Source: Gammaproteobacteria bacterium
Lineage (GTDB): Bacteria > Pseudomonadota > Gammaproteobacteria > Burkholderiales > Rhodocyclaceae
Direction: 5' to 3'
DNA length: 64,000 nt
Assembly: GCA_018824085.1 (NCBI GenBank)
Contig: JAHJHI010000054.1
Span: 7,362 to 71,361, forward strand
This document shows positions 18,899 through 29,135 of this stretch, in pieces (positions within the stretch are counted from its first letter, which is position 1; the number at the start of each line of letters is the position of its first letter). The notes below the pieces were generated by a model. It was not told the DNA's origin and searched no databases. It saw nothing but the letters and a program-made list of their open reading frames with translations. Made by a program: the position numbers and the translations under genes.

Positions 18899-20257
18899 AT
18901 GGTCCAAAGCAGCCCGACAGCCCCCCCGGACGGGGCGATCGCCGTTTCCGAACTGGCACGCCGTGCCCGGCTCACGCTTGAGCGCAGCTTTCCCGTGCTG
19001 TGGGTGAGCGGAGAACTGTCGGGCGTGACCCGCGCGACATCCGGCCATCTGTATTTTTCGCTCAAGGACGAAAGTGCCCAGGTCCGCTGCGTCATGTTCC
19101 GCAGCCGCAGCCAGTTGCTTGCGTTCGAGCCACGGCCCGGACTGCGGGTCGAGGTCCGCGCCCAGGTGTCGCTGTACGAAGCACGCGGCGACTTCCAGCT
19201 GACCGTCGACGCGATGCGCCGCGCCGGCGTCGGTGCATTGCACGAAGCCTTCCTCCGCCTGAAGGCCGATCTCGAGCGCGAAGGCCTGTTCGACGCCGCG
19301 CGCAAGCGTGCGCTGCCGGCCTTGCCGGCACGGCTCGCCATCGTGACGTCACCGGGCGCGGCCGCTTTGCGTGATGTGTTGTCAACGCTGGCGCGACGCG
19401 CACCGCACATCGGCATCGTGCTGCTGCCCTGCCTGGTGCAGGGCGCAGAGGCACCCGCTCAGATTGCAGGGGCCATCATGCGTGCCGGCAGCACCGGATG
19501 CGACGCCGTACTGGTCGTGCGCGGCGGCGGTTCGGCCGAAGACCTGATGGCCTTCAACGACGAGCGCGTCGCGCGTGCCATCGTCGCGTGTCCGGTACCG
19601 GTCGTGAGCGGTGTCGGGCACGAAACCGATTTCTCCATCGCCGATTTCGTCGCCGACGTCCGCGCCGCCACGCCGACCGCGGCCGCGGAGCTTGTCAGCG
19701 CCGGCCACGTCGAGGCCATCGCCCGGCTGGCTGCGCTCGCGGCGCGGCTGTCGCGAACGACGCGGGCGATGCTCGACGCGCGCGGACAGAAGATGGACGA
19801 CCTGTCGGCGCGACTGCATCCGCCACAAAGACAGATGGCGCTCGCGCGCGAGCGGCTGCATGCGCTGCATGAGCGTCTGCGCCGGGCACACGCAGTCGAC
19901 CGGGCTCGCGATGCGCGCCACACCGCCGCCATCACCCTCCGCATGCTCAATGCGCGGCCTGCGCTCGCGCTCAGGCGGGCCACGCTGAGCCGGCTTGCCG
20001 AGCGTCTGCACGGTGCGGCAAACGGCATGCTGGACAAGGCGCGCCACCGCGCCGGCCTGGCGGGCGCCCAGCTCGCTCAGCTCGATCCGGGCGCCGTCAT
20101 GTCGCGCGGTTTTTCCATCGTGCGCGATCACGACGGACGCATCGTGCGCAACACGGATGGAATTCATGCCGGGGACCGGTTGTCAGTCCAGTTCTCGCAG
20201 GGGCATGCCGACGTCAGGGTCGAGAAGTCATGCCGGAATTCCACCGGCAAAGACTGA
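18899..20257 (+). CDS. xseA: Exodeoxyribonuclease VII large subunit
   Basis: WVSGELSG...SGHLYFSLKD, VTSPGAAALRD, RGGGSAEDL, GVGHETD, TPTAAAE. Confidence 0.96.
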   Translation: MVQSSPTAPPDGAIAVSELARRARLTLERSFPVLWVSGELSGVTRATSGHLYFSLKDESAQVRCVMFRSRSQLLAFEPRPGLRVEVRAQVSLYEARGDFQLTVDAMRRAGVGALHEAFLRLKADLEREGLFDAARKRALPALPARLAIVTSPGAAALRDVLSTLARRAPHIGIVLLPCLVQGAEAPAQIAGAIMRAGSTGCDAVLVVRGGGSAEDLMAFNDERVARAIVACPVPVVSGVGHETDFSIADFVADVRAATPTAAAELVSAGHVEAIARLAALAARLSRTTRAMLDARGQKMDDLSARLHPPQRQMALARERLHALHERLRRAHAVDRARDARHTAAITLRMLNARPALALRRATLSRLAERLHGAANGMLDKARHRAGLAGAQLAQLDPGAVMSRGFSIVRDHDGRIVRNTDGIHAGDRLSVQFSQGHADVRVEKSCRNSTGKD

Positions 20258-20343
20258 CCCGCCGACGCTTTTGCCTTGTGCTCGCACAGGGGCGGTCATA
20301 AACTCACGCCCTTGCAATTTGAACCGACAGACCGGGAGAAATC

Positions 20344-20931
<588 letters not shown>

Positions 20932-21081
20932 CTGACCGGCCGGGCACCCGTCCGGCCCGCAACACGAAAGCGCGCTGCCTCTTCCGGCCGGTCCGGGTGA
21001 CGCAGCGCGTCTTTGCTTCCGGCGTGCGCGCAACATCGCTGCCGCAGCTCAGTCCGTCGCATGACCTACAGGAGATGGAAA

Positions 21082-21471
21082 ATGTCGCAATGGAGAAAAG
21101 CCGGCCCGAACGAAGCGTTCACGCCTGAAGAGATCGACGCGCGGCTCAAGGAAGAGCTGCCGAAATGGGTCTACGAGGACGGCTGGATCCGCCGCAAATA
21201 CAAGACGAACAGCTGGAAGGGCACGCTCATGGTGGTCAACACCGTCGGCCATCTGGCCGAGGCGGCGTTTCACCACCCCGATCTGGCGGTGTCCTACGCC
21301 TTCGTGATCGTGAAGCTGGTCAATCACGAAGCCAAGGGTGTCACGGAGCGGGACTTCCAGCTGGCGAAGAAGATCGAGGAAGTCATCATGTGGCAGCCGG
21401 CGCTGGAAGAAGGCAGCGCACTCGCCGGCACGCCGGACGACGCGCGCTTCAAGTACATCAAGTACGACTGA
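21082..21471 (+). CDS. pcbD: Pterin-4a-carbinolamine dehydratase (PcbD-like)
   Basis: HLAEAAFHHPDL motif, GVTERDFQLAKKIE; RBS AGGAG. Confidence 0.85.
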   Translation: MSQWRKAGPNEAFTPEEIDARLKEELPKWVYEDGWIRRKYKTNSWKGTLMVVNTVGHLAEAAFHHPDLAVSYAFVIVKLVNHEAKGVTERDFQLAKKIEEVIMWQPALEEGSALAGTPDDARFKYIKYD

Positions 21472-22608
21472 ATGAGCGCGGGCAGCCTGCGCGTCGAGCG
21501 GCATGCATCGATGGCGTCATTCGATCCGCTGCAGTGGGACCGTCTTTCAGGCGGATGCGCGACGGTGTCGCACGCGCTGCTGGATGCCTTCGAAGCCAGC
21601 GGATGCGTATGCGCCGAAACCGGCTGGCAGCCAAGCCATCTCGGAATTCACGACGGCGACACGCTGGTCGCGGCAGCGCCCGGATACCTGAAATCCCACA
21701 GCTATGGCGAATACGTGTTCGACTGGGCGTGGGCCGAAGCGCTCGAACGCGCCGGACGCGCCTACTACCCCAAGTTGCTGTGTGCGATTCCGTTTACGCC
21801 AGTACCCGGCCCGCGCCTGCTGGCACGCAACCCGCACGCCCGCCGGCTGCTGCTTGACGCCTGGCTGGCCCTGGCGCGTGACACCGGCGTATCGTCCGCC
21901 CACCTGCTCTTTCCGGATGACGCCGCACTGGAAATGCTGCAGGACCCGACGCTTCAGCTGCGCGAATCAGTGCAGTTCCATTGGCACAACGCCGGCTATC
22001 GTGACTACCCGCACTTTCTCGAATCACTGAGCCGCGACAAGCGCAAGAAGATCCGCCAGGAGCGCCGGCGCGTGGCCGACGCAGGTGTCGTGCTGCGGCG
22101 CATCGACGGCGCCGACATCAGTGACGCCGAACTGGCGCTGTTCGTCACGTGCTACCGCAACACCTACCGGGTGCGCGGTCAACGCCCCTATCTGAACGAA
22201 CTTTTTTTCGCACGCCTGCGCGAACGCATGCCGCAGGCGCTGATGCTCGTCGTCGCCTCGCGCGACGGCCGTGACATCGCGTGCGCGCTGAACCTGCGCG
22301 ACAGCCGCCGTCTATATGGTCGTTACTGGGGGGAAATCGAATACGTGCCCTGCCTGCACTTCGAAGCCTGCTACCACCAGGGCATCGAATACGCGATCGA
22401 ACGCGGCCTTGAAGCATTCGAAGGCGGCGCACAGGGCGAACACAAGATGGCGCGCGGATTCTCGCCCACGCGCACCTGGTCGGCGCACTGGCTGCGCGAC
22501 GAGGATTTCGCTGCCGCCGTGGCGCGCCATCTGGAGATGGAACGCACCGGCATGGCGCTGCACATCAGCGAACTGGAGGAACGCACGCCCTACCGGCCTG
22601 CCGGTTGA
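21472..22608 (+). CDS. FemAB-like GNAT-fold protein (DUF482 type)
   Basis: KSHSYGEYVFDWAWA, LYGRYWG, LHFEACYHQGIE, FEGGAQGEHK. Confidence 0.9.
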   Translation: MSAGSLRVERHASMASFDPLQWDRLSGGCATVSHALLDAFEASGCVCAETGWQPSHLGIHDGDTLVAAAPGYLKSHSYGEYVFDWAWAEALERAGRAYYPKLLCAIPFTPVPGPRLLARNPHARRLLLDAWLALARDTGVSSAHLLFPDDAALEMLQDPTLQLRESVQFHWHNAGYRDYPHFLESLSRDKRKKIRQERRRVADAGVVLRRIDGADISDAELALFVTCYRNTYRVRGQRPYLNELFFARLRERMPQALMLVVASRDGRDIACALNLRDSRRLYGRYWGEIEYVPCLHFEACYHQGIEYAIERGLEAFEGGAQGEHKMARGFSPTRTWSAHWLRDEDFAAAVARHLEMERTGMALHISELEERTPYRPAG

Positions 22609-22621
22609 GCGTGCCCCGCGC

Positions 22622-23170
22622 TCAGAACGCGGGCTTGTCCGAAGCCTTCTGATAGGCCTCGACGCCGGACATGATTTCGCGCTTCGCGTCCTCGATGTCG
22701 CCCCAGCCCTGCACCTTGACGAACTTGCCGGGTTCCAGATCCTTGTAGTGCTCGAAAAAGTGGGAAATCTGGTCCAGCAGGATTTGCGGCAAGTCACGCG
22801 GGCTTTGCACCGAGCGGTACATCGGCGTGAGCTTGTCCACCGGAACCGCCAGCAGCTTCGCGTCTTCGCCGGCCTCGTCGACCATCTTGAGCATGCCGAT
22901 CGGACGGCAGCGCACGACCACGCCCGGCGGCAGTGCGAACTGCGACATCACGAGCACGTCGACCGGGTCGCCGTCGCCGGCGATGGTGTGGGGGATGTAG
23001 CCGTAGTTGCACGGATAGTGCATCGCCGTCGACATGAAACGATCAACGAAGATGGCGCCCGAATCCTTGTCCACTTCATACTTGATCGGGTCCGAATGCA
23101 TCGGGATTTCGATCACAACGTTGAAATCGTTGGGCAGATCCTTGCCCGACGGAACTCGTTCCAGACCCAT
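22622..23170 (-). CDS. ppa: Soluble family I inorganic pyrophosphatase
   Basis: [27 protein letters not shown]. Confidence 0.96.
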   Translation of the reverse strand: MGLERVPSGKDLPNDFNVVIEIPMHSDPIKYEVDKDSGAIFVDRFMSTAMHYPCNYGYIPHTIAGDGDPVDVLVMSQFALPPGVVVRCRPIGMLKMVDEAGEDAKLLAVPVDKLTPMYRSVQSPRDLPQILLDQISHFFEHYKDLEPGKFVKVQGWGDIEDAKREIMSGVEAYQKASDKPAF

Positions 23171-23197
23171 GTCTCGCTCCTTGTGTAAAGCCGGCCA

Positions 23198-24205
23198 TTA
23201 TAGCGTTTGTTGCAGCGCACCAGAAGATTGAGCGCCACCGATGATGTCGAGTGTCACATGCGACAGCGAGGGCAGCGCCTCCAGAGCGTTGCGCAGCGCG
23301 CCGGTATCGGTCCGGGCGGACGTGCTGACACTCAGCACGAGCGCGTGCCGGCCGGGTGCCAGCAACCACAGGTGCTCATCGAGCACACACGCTCCCTGAG
23401 CCGTCACGGCGGCATGCACCGCTTCGCGCAGCCTCCCCTCCACCTGACTGTCCAGCAGCACCGTCGCACTGTCGCGCACGAGCAACCAGGCCCAGCGAAG
23501 GATAAGCACGCCGCCCATCGCGGCCATCACCGGATCGAGCCAGGGCATGCCGGCCCATTTTCCGGCAAGCAGCGCCAGAATCGCGGCGATCGATGTCAGC
23601 GCGTCGGCCAGCACGTGCAGGTAGGCGGCACGCAGATTCTGGTCGTGCCCATGAGCGTGTCCGTGATCATGTCCTTCGGCATGGGCATGGGCATGGCCAT
23701 GAACACCGTGCCCGTGCGCAGCGCCGCCTCCGCCATGCAGCAGCCAGGCGCAAAGCACGTTGACCGCGAATCCGAGGACGGCCACTACCAGCGCCTCGTC
23801 ATAATGAATCGTCCGCGGCGCCTGCAGGCGCATTGCCGCCTCGAAAAGCATGGCCAGCGCGACGCCGGCCAGCAGGAGTCCGGAAGAATAACCCGCCAGA
23901 TAGGACACCTTGCCGGGCCCGAACGTGAAGCGGGAACGACCGGCGTGTGCCCGCATGTAGGCATAGGCAAACACGCCTATGCCCATGGCAGCGACGTGGG
24001 TTGCCATGTGCCAGCCGTCGGCGAGCAGCGCCATGGAACCTGACAGGTATCCGGCGGCGATCTCCGCGACCATCGCGATGGCAGTGATCCACAGCACGCG
24101 ACCGACGGCGCGTTCGGCGCGATCCGGCGCAACCGAGAAATCGGGTCTGTGCACGGGGCAGAACGCCGCCGCATCCGTCTTGTCGTTTGATTGGCTTTCA
24201 TGCAT
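23198..24205 (-). CDS. dmeF: CDF-family Co/Ni efflux transporter with His-rich loop
   Basis: SMALLADGWHMATH, His-rich loop, DQNLRAAYLHVLAD. Confidence 0.88.
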   Translation of the reverse strand: MHESQSNDKTDAAAFCPVHRPDFSVAPDRAERAVGRVLWITAIAMVAEIAAGYLSGSMALLADGWHMATHVAAMGIGVFAYAYMRAHAGRSRFTFGPGKVSYLAGYSSGLLLAGVALAMLFEAAMRLQAPRTIHYDEALVVAVLGFAVNVLCAWLLHGGGGAAHGHGVHGHAHAHAEGHDHGHAHGHDQNLRAAYLHVLADALTSIAAILALLAGKWAGMPWLDPVMAAMGGVLILRWAWLLVRDSATVLLDSQVEGRLREAVHAAVTAQGACVLDEHLWLLAPGRHALVLSVSTSARTDTGALRNALEALPSLSHVTLDIIGGAQSSGALQQTL

Positions 24206-24310
24206 CGGCGGATTGTAGGGTGCCGAGGGGCGCAACGCCCTGCTCGCGCCCTGAAATCGGCGCGACCGCACGAACGGGAACGGCGTCACGCAAGACAGCT
24301 TTCGCGCCGC

Positions 24311-24355
24311 TTGACAGCGACGCTGCCTTCTGTATTAATACGAACCATTCTCATT
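24311..24355 (+). promoter_or_regulatory. Sigma70 promoter overlapped by a Fur box (hemP-bfd-bfr)
   Basis: TTGACA at 24311, TATTAAT at 24333, Fur-like AATACGAACCATTCTCATT at 24337-24355. Confidence 0.8.
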
Positions 24356-24372
24356 ATTATGTTTGTTGGCGA

Positions 24373-24552
24373 ATGACTCAACACGCCGCCCCGCCGCCGC
24401 CTGCCACACCGCCGCCCGTGACGACGCACTCACAGCCTGCGCTGGATTCGGCGCAACTGCTTGGTGGCCAGAAACAGATCGCCATCAATCACGGTGGCGA
24501 GCTGTATTCGTTGCGCGTCACGCGCAACGGCAAGCTGATCCTGACCAAATAG
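24373..24552 (+). CDS. hemP: Hemin uptake regulator HemP/HmuP
   Basis: LDSAQLLGGQKQIAINHGGELYSLRVTRNGKLILTK; C-terminal KLILTK signature. Confidence 0.93.
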   Translation: MTQHAAPPPPATPPPVTTHSQPALDSAQLLGGQKQIAINHGGELYSLRVTRNGKLILTK

Positions 24553-24559
24553 GCATCCC

Positions 24560-24835
24560 ATGTACATCTGCCTGTGCGAACCGGTTACCGACCGGGACAT
24601 CAAGACCGCCGTAATGACTGGCTGTCGCAGCGTGCGCGACCTCGCGGGAACGCTGGGCTGCTGCCGGGATTGCGGAAAATGCGTCCGCGCCGCCAAAGAG
24701 GTCATCGATGCCGCACGGGCGGATCTGCATGCCATCCAGTTCCACGTTCCGGCAACGGCACATGGCCGGGAGGATGTCCCGGCTCTCGAAGGAAGCCGGC
24801 CGCACGCGCAACGCCTGACGGTAAAATGCGCGTAG
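24560..24835 (+). CDS. bfd: Bacterioferritin-associated [2Fe-2S] ferredoxin
   Basis: MYICLC...CGKC; directly upstream of bfr. Confidence 0.9.
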   Translation: MYICLCEPVTDRDIKTAVMTGCRSVRDLAGTLGCCRDCGKCVRAAKEVIDAARADLHAIQFHVPATAHGREDVPALEGSRPHAQRLTVKCA

Positions 24836-24874
24836 GCGTCACGGTCGTGACACCGCCTGAACGGGAGAAGTCAC

Positions 24875-25354
24875 ATGAAGGGCGACAAGAAGGTCCTGCA
24901 GTTTCTTAACAAGCAGCTGTGCAATGAACTGACAGCCATCAACCAGTATTTCCTGCATGCGCGCATGTACAAGAACTGGGGCCTGAAGCAGCTGGGCGAT
25001 CACGAGTACCGTGAATCCATAGAGGAGATGAAGCACGCCGACCTCCTGATCGAACGCATCCTGCTGCTGGAAGGCCTGCCGAACCTGCAGGACCTGCACA
25101 AACTGCTGATCGGCGAAAACGTGCCGGAAATGCTCGGCTGCGACCTGAAGGTCGAGCAGCTGTCGCATGCAACGCTGAAAGACGCGATTTCCTGTTGCGA
25201 AACCGCCGCCGATTACGTGTCCCGTGACCTTTTCCGCCAGATACTCGATGACACCGAAGAACACATCGACTGGCTCGAAACGCAGCTGGAGCTGATCGAC
25301 AAGATGGGCCTTCAGAACTACACGCAGACGGCCATGGGAGAGATCGGCAGTTGA
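24875..25354 (+). CDS. bfr: Bacterioferritin
   Basis: MKGD start, [24 protein letters not shown] (heme Met), [10 protein letters not shown]. Confidence 0.97.
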   Translation: MKGDKKVLQFLNKQLCNELTAINQYFLHARMYKNWGLKQLGDHEYRESIEEMKHADLLIERILLLEGLPNLQDLHKLLIGENVPEMLGCDLKVEQLSHATLKDAISCCETAADYVSRDLFRQILDDTEEHIDWLETQLELIDKMGLQNYTQTAMGEIGS

Positions 25355-25356
25355 GC

Positions 25357-25391
25357 CAGTGGCGATTTCGAAAGGAATCGCCACTGTTTTT
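25357..25391 (+). terminator. Rho-independent terminator after bfr
   Basis: CAGTGGCGATT...AATCGCCACTG followed by TTTTT. Confidence 0.85.
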
Positions 25392-25438
25392 CCGCCCGCA
25401 TCAACGGGCATGACGACGTAACGCAGCCGAATTCACGC

Positions 25439-25693
25439 ATGGCAGATCAACTTTCCGTCAACAGCTCAAGCTCATGCAGGAGCATCGTCCGCATGCTCGC
25501 GTGCGCGCTTGTCTGTGCAGGCATCCTGTGGCTCATGCTGGCCCTGCCGTCGGACAGCCCGGCGCACGCGCTCCACTCCGGCACCGACGCACTGCCGCAG
25601 GGACACGCAGGCGGCCGTACCGCAACGCATGACACACCGGGCGCGGCCCGGACTGCTGCCGGCCCTGCCCGGCGCCCGAACAGACTTTCCTGA
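25439..25693 (+). CDS. Possible small membrane protein upstream of tonB
   Basis: One hydrophobic segment (LACALVCAGILWLMLAL); weak RBS. Confidence 0.3.
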   Translation: MADQLSVNSSSSCRSIVRMLACALVCAGILWLMLALPSDSPAHALHSGTDALPQGHAGGRTATHDTPGAARTAAGPARRPNRLS

Positions 25694-25777
25694 TCTCCCG
25701 GTTCGCCGAATGATGTCCTTGCACCCGATTTCCCCGTCGCTGTCCCGCGCCTCAAAGACGCGCCATGGAGAACACCC

Positions 25778-26584
25778 ATGAGCAGCGCAGCATTTGCCGG
25801 AACCTCGTTCCCACCCGACGCCGCCCCGCCCGAACGCCCGGCACGTGCAGCAGCCCATGCCGTTCGACGCGGCAATCCCGCCGCGACGCGCATCGGCCTG
25901 CCCCTGCGCACAACGGCGCTGATCGCGGCGTTGCTGGTGCATGCGCTGGCGCTGCTGTGGATCTCCGCCAAGCCGGTGGAACCCGTTGTATTGCCGGTGC
26001 TCATGCAGGCGACGCTGATTGCGCCCGAACCGTTGCCGGTCGCGCCGCCGGAACCGCCCAAGGTCGTCCAGGAGGTCGTGCCGGAGCCGCCCAAACCGGT
26101 GAAAAAGCCGGTTCCGAAGCGCAAGGAAGTGGCGCTGCCCAAGCTGGTGGCCAAGGAAGATGCTCCGAGCGTCCAGACCGCCCCGCCCCAGGCTCCGCCA
26201 CCGCCGGAACCCGTCGCCATCGACGCCGCCCCGGCCGCACCCGTGGCGCCCGCGCCGGCCCCGGTGTCCGCCGCACCGGTCGTCGCTCCGCCGCCACCGG
26301 TCAGCCCGCCCCGCTTCAATGCCGACTATCTGGTGAATCCGGCTCCCGCCTATCCGCCAATGTCTCGGCGCATGGGTGAAGAAGGCAGGGTGCTGCTGCG
26401 CGTCATGGTGGAAGCCGACGGCACGCCGTCCAGCGTGGAAGTGCGCACATCGAGCGGCTTTCCGCGACTGGATCGCGCAGCGCAGGAGGCCGTACGCAAG
26501 TGGAAATTCGTGCCGGCACGGCGCGGTGAGGATGCCGTGGCCGGTGCAGTAAACGTGCCCATCGACTTCGGGCTGCGTGGATGA
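25778..26584 (+). CDS. tonB: Energy transducer TonB
   Basis: TM anchor with VH motif, Pro-rich linker, YPPMSRRMGEEGRV, SSGFPRLDRAA. Confidence 0.93.
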   Translation: MSSAAFAGTSFPPDAAPPERPARAAAHAVRRGNPAATRIGLPLRTTALIAALLVHALALLWISAKPVEPVVLPVLMQATLIAPEPLPVAPPEPPKVVQEVVPEPPKPVKKPVPKRKEVALPKLVAKEDAPSVQTAPPQAPPPPEPVAIDAAPAAPVAPAPAPVSAAPVVAPPPPVSPPRFNADYLVNPAPAYPPMSRRMGEEGRVLLRVMVEADGTPSSVEVRTSSGFPRLDRAAQEAVRKWKFVPARRGEDAVAGAVNVPIDFGLRG

Positions 26585-26594
26585 TTTGACCCGC

Positions 26595-26633
26595 ATCGCC
26601 GCCGGCGTACACTGCGCGGCGATCGATTTTTTT
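26595..26633 (+). terminator. Terminator-like hairpin between tonB and exbB
   Basis: ATCGCCGC/GCGGCGAT stem followed closely by seven T. Confidence 0.5.
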
Positions 26634-26662
26634 GTATCTGGCTTCCCTCAGGAGACTGCTGA

Positions 26663-27436
26663 ATGAATGATTCCCTTGGTTTTGCGCACTTTCTGGCAAA
26701 TGCAGACGGTGTTGCGACCACCATCCTCGTGCTGATGGTCTTTGCATCGGTCGGTACCTGGTTCCTCATCGTGCTCAAAGGCATCGTTGCGGTACGCCAG
26801 CGCAGCGCAAGCAGCCGCTTCATGGACCGTTTCTGGAACGCTCCGTCGCTGGAAGACGTTGCCCGTTACATGGGCGCAAACGGTGTCACGGACCCGTTCT
26901 CGCATCTCGTTCACGAAGGCTTCAGCGCTGTGGAGACACTGCGCAGCGGCGTCGCCGGAACACGTGGCCTGATCGCCACCGGCAGCGCCGACGAGTTCCT
27001 GACGCGCGCGCTCAAGCGTTCGATCGAACGTGATCGCAGCCGCATGGAGTATGGCCAGACCTTCCTCGCGTCAGTCGCGTCGAGCGCCCCCTTCATCGGC
27101 CTTCTCGGCACCGTGTGGGGCATCTACCACGCACTGCTGGCCATCGGCATGTCGGGTCAGGGCACGCTGGACAAGGTCGCCGGACCGGTGGGCGAGGCGC
27201 TCATCATGACGGCCATCGGCCTGGCGACCGCCATTCCCGCTGCGCTGGCATTCAACTTCTTCGCCCGATCGACCCGCAACGTCATGGCCGAGCTGAACAG
27301 CTTTGCGCACGACGTGTTCGTGATGCTGTCGACCGGCGTCAAGGACAGCGGCGCAAACGACCCGAAGGCCACCGGCGACCGCGTGCTGTCGCTGGTTGAA
27401 AGCGGCCGCGCGGCAATCCGTCCGGCAACGACCTGA
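26663..27436 (+). CDS. exbB: ExbB
   Basis: ASSAPFIGLLGTVWGIY, VGEALIMTAIGL; follows tonB. Confidence 0.93.
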   Translation: MNDSLGFAHFLANADGVATTILVLMVFASVGTWFLIVLKGIVAVRQRSASSRFMDRFWNAPSLEDVARYMGANGVTDPFSHLVHEGFSAVETLRSGVAGTRGLIATGSADEFLTRALKRSIERDRSRMEYGQTFLASVASSAPFIGLLGTVWGIYHALLAIGMSGQGTLDKVAGPVGEALIMTAIGLATAIPAALAFNFFARSTRNVMAELNSFAHDVFVMLSTGVKDSGANDPKATGDRVLSLVESGRAAIRPATT

Positions 27437-27449
27437 ACCGGAGCACAAC

Positions 27450-27869
27450 ATGGCCTTCGCAAGTTTCGAACAGGACGATGACGGACCGATGGCGGAAATC
27501 AACATGATTCCGCTGATCGACGTGATGCTGGTACTGCTCATCATTTTCATGGTGACCGCGCCCTTGCTCACGCACGCCGTCAAGGTTGATCTGCCCAAGG
27601 AATCCACCGCTGCGAATCAGTTGCCGCCGGAGAACATCCAGATTGCGATCGGGCCCGATGAACAGCTGTACTGGGCCGGCGAGAAGATCGATGACGCCAC
27701 GCTGAGGGCGCGGCTCGAAGAAGCAGCCGCCCGCGACAAGACCGCCGAGATCCAGCTTCGCGCAGACCAGAACGTGCCCTATCGCTCGGTGGCCCATGTC
27801 ATGAGCGAAGCGGCCCGCCTCGGTCTCACACGCATCGGCTTCGTGACCGATCCCAGCGCGGCGAAGTAA
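27450..27869 (+). CDS. exbD: ExbD
   Basis: EINMIPLIDVMLVLLIIFMVTAP, LRAD. Confidence 0.93.
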   Translation: MAFASFEQDDDGPMAEINMIPLIDVMLVLLIIFMVTAPLLTHAVKVDLPKESTAANQLPPENIQIAIGPDEQLYWAGEKIDDATLRARLEEAAARDKTAEIQLRADQNVPYRSVAHVMSEAARLGLTRIGFVTDPSAAK

Positions 27870-28087
27870 TCCGGCAACACCCCGCTCCCCGGTGCGTGCG
27901 GCGCAATGCCGCTCCCCGCACGTCCTGCGCACCGGGCACCGTTCTCCTGCTGACACCTGCCGCCGCCGTCCCGATTTCCGGCACGGCGGCGCAGCCACGT
28001 CCACGCCATGGCGCTCAGGCGCCCGCACGCACGCTGACGCCTGCGCTCCCGCGCGCGCAACGCGCCTGAAAACAGCGCATCGAGCGC

Positions 28088-28132
28088 TTGACTGTCCGCG
28101 CATCGCGTGATTGAATGCGAATCGTTCTTATT
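28088..28132 (+). promoter_or_regulatory. Promoter with Fur box for the small ORF-rpsD2-PEP-CTERM-receptor operon
   Basis: TTGACT at 28088; Fur-like AATGCGAATCGTTCTTATT at 28114-28132. Confidence 0.75.
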
Positions 28133-28250
28133 CATAAGAGCGATTTGCCAGCTACCTGCCCCCCCGCAGGACTCCGCCAGCCTCCCTTGTACGTCCCACG
28201 TGACCACCGCGCACATGCCTGCGCCCGTCACCACTACGGAGGATGCATCG

Positions 28251-28496
28251 ATGACCCCCGAACAGAACCCTGCGGGCGAAGCCAGTCCCAGCACGCTTGC
28301 CGCCGCCACGCTGTTCGTGATGACGCGCTTTGCCGAACGCCCGTGCCCGGAAGTCGCCCAGATGGTGATCCGCCATCTCGAGGTCGTTGCCGACGACGAT
28401 CGCGCCGACCCGCTGATGCGCGAGGTCTGCGGCGCGCTGATCAACCGCTGGACCCTGCACACCGTCGGCGATCTCGCGCTGCGCCCCACTCATTGA
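28251..28496 (+). CDS. Small hypothetical helical protein (81 aa) with Cys/His residues
   Basis: GGAGG RBS 8 nt upstream of the ATG; first gene after the Fur box; TLFVMTRFAERPC...RHL...EVCGALINRW. Confidence 0.7.
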   Translation: MTPEQNPAGEASPSTLAAATLFVMTRFAERPCPEVAQMVIRHLEVVADDDRADPLMREVCGALINRWTLHTVGDLALRPTH

Positions 28497-28520
28497 CGAC
28501 CGCACCCACCCGGAGAACAC

Positions 28521-29135
28521 ATGTCCCGCTATACCGGCCCCCGTCTGCGCATCGTCCGTGCGCTCGGCACTGACCTGCCCGGCCTGACAAGAAAAACGCC
28601 GTCCAATCGTCCGGCACCGCCGGGCCAGCACGGCAGCCGTCCCAACCGTCGCAAGTCGGAGTTCGGCGCCCAGCTGATGGAAAAACAGAAGCTGCGCTAC
28701 AACTACGGCCTGAATGAAACGCAACTTCGCGGCGTGTTCCGGGAGGCCGAGCGCTCCCGTCTGCCGACCGGCGAAAAACTGGTCGAGCTGCTGGAACGCC
28801 GGCTCGACAACATCGTGTTCCGCGGTGGCCTCGCGCCGACGATTCCGGCTGCGCGACAACTCGTGCGTCATCGTCACGTACTGCTGAACGGCAAGCGCGT
28901 GAACATCCCGTCGATCCGCCTGCGCGTCGGTGACACCATCACGGTGACCGAACGCGGCCGCAAGGTGCAGAGCGTTGTCGACGCCTTGGCCAATGCGCCT
29001 CTTGAGCGCGCCGAGTGGATCGTGTTCGATGAGGCGACACTCAGCCTGCGTCTGGCCCATCTGCCACCGGGCGACGCCACGCCGTTCGCATTCGAAGCCC
29101 AGAAAGTCGTGGAGTTCTACGCCCTGCGCGTGTGA
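28521..29135 (+). CDS. rpsD: 30S ribosomal protein S4 paralog outside the alpha operon
   Basis: MSRYTGPR, PPGQHG, EKQKLRYNYGL, LLERRLDNIVFR, AARQLVRH, VVEFY. Confidence 0.93.
   Translation: MSRYTGPRLRIVRALGTDLPGLTRKTPSNRPAPPGQHGSRPNRRKSEFGAQLMEKQKLRYNYGLNETQLRGVFREAERSRLPTGEKLVELLERRLDNIVFRGGLAPTIPAARQLVRHRHVLLNGKRVNIPSIRLRVGDTITVTERGRKVQSVVDALANAPLERAEWIVFDEATLSLRLAHLPPGDATPFAFEAQKVVEFYALRV

Noticed and set aside
25778-26330. CCG-rich repeats
   Set aside because: Explained by the normal Pro-rich TonB linker.
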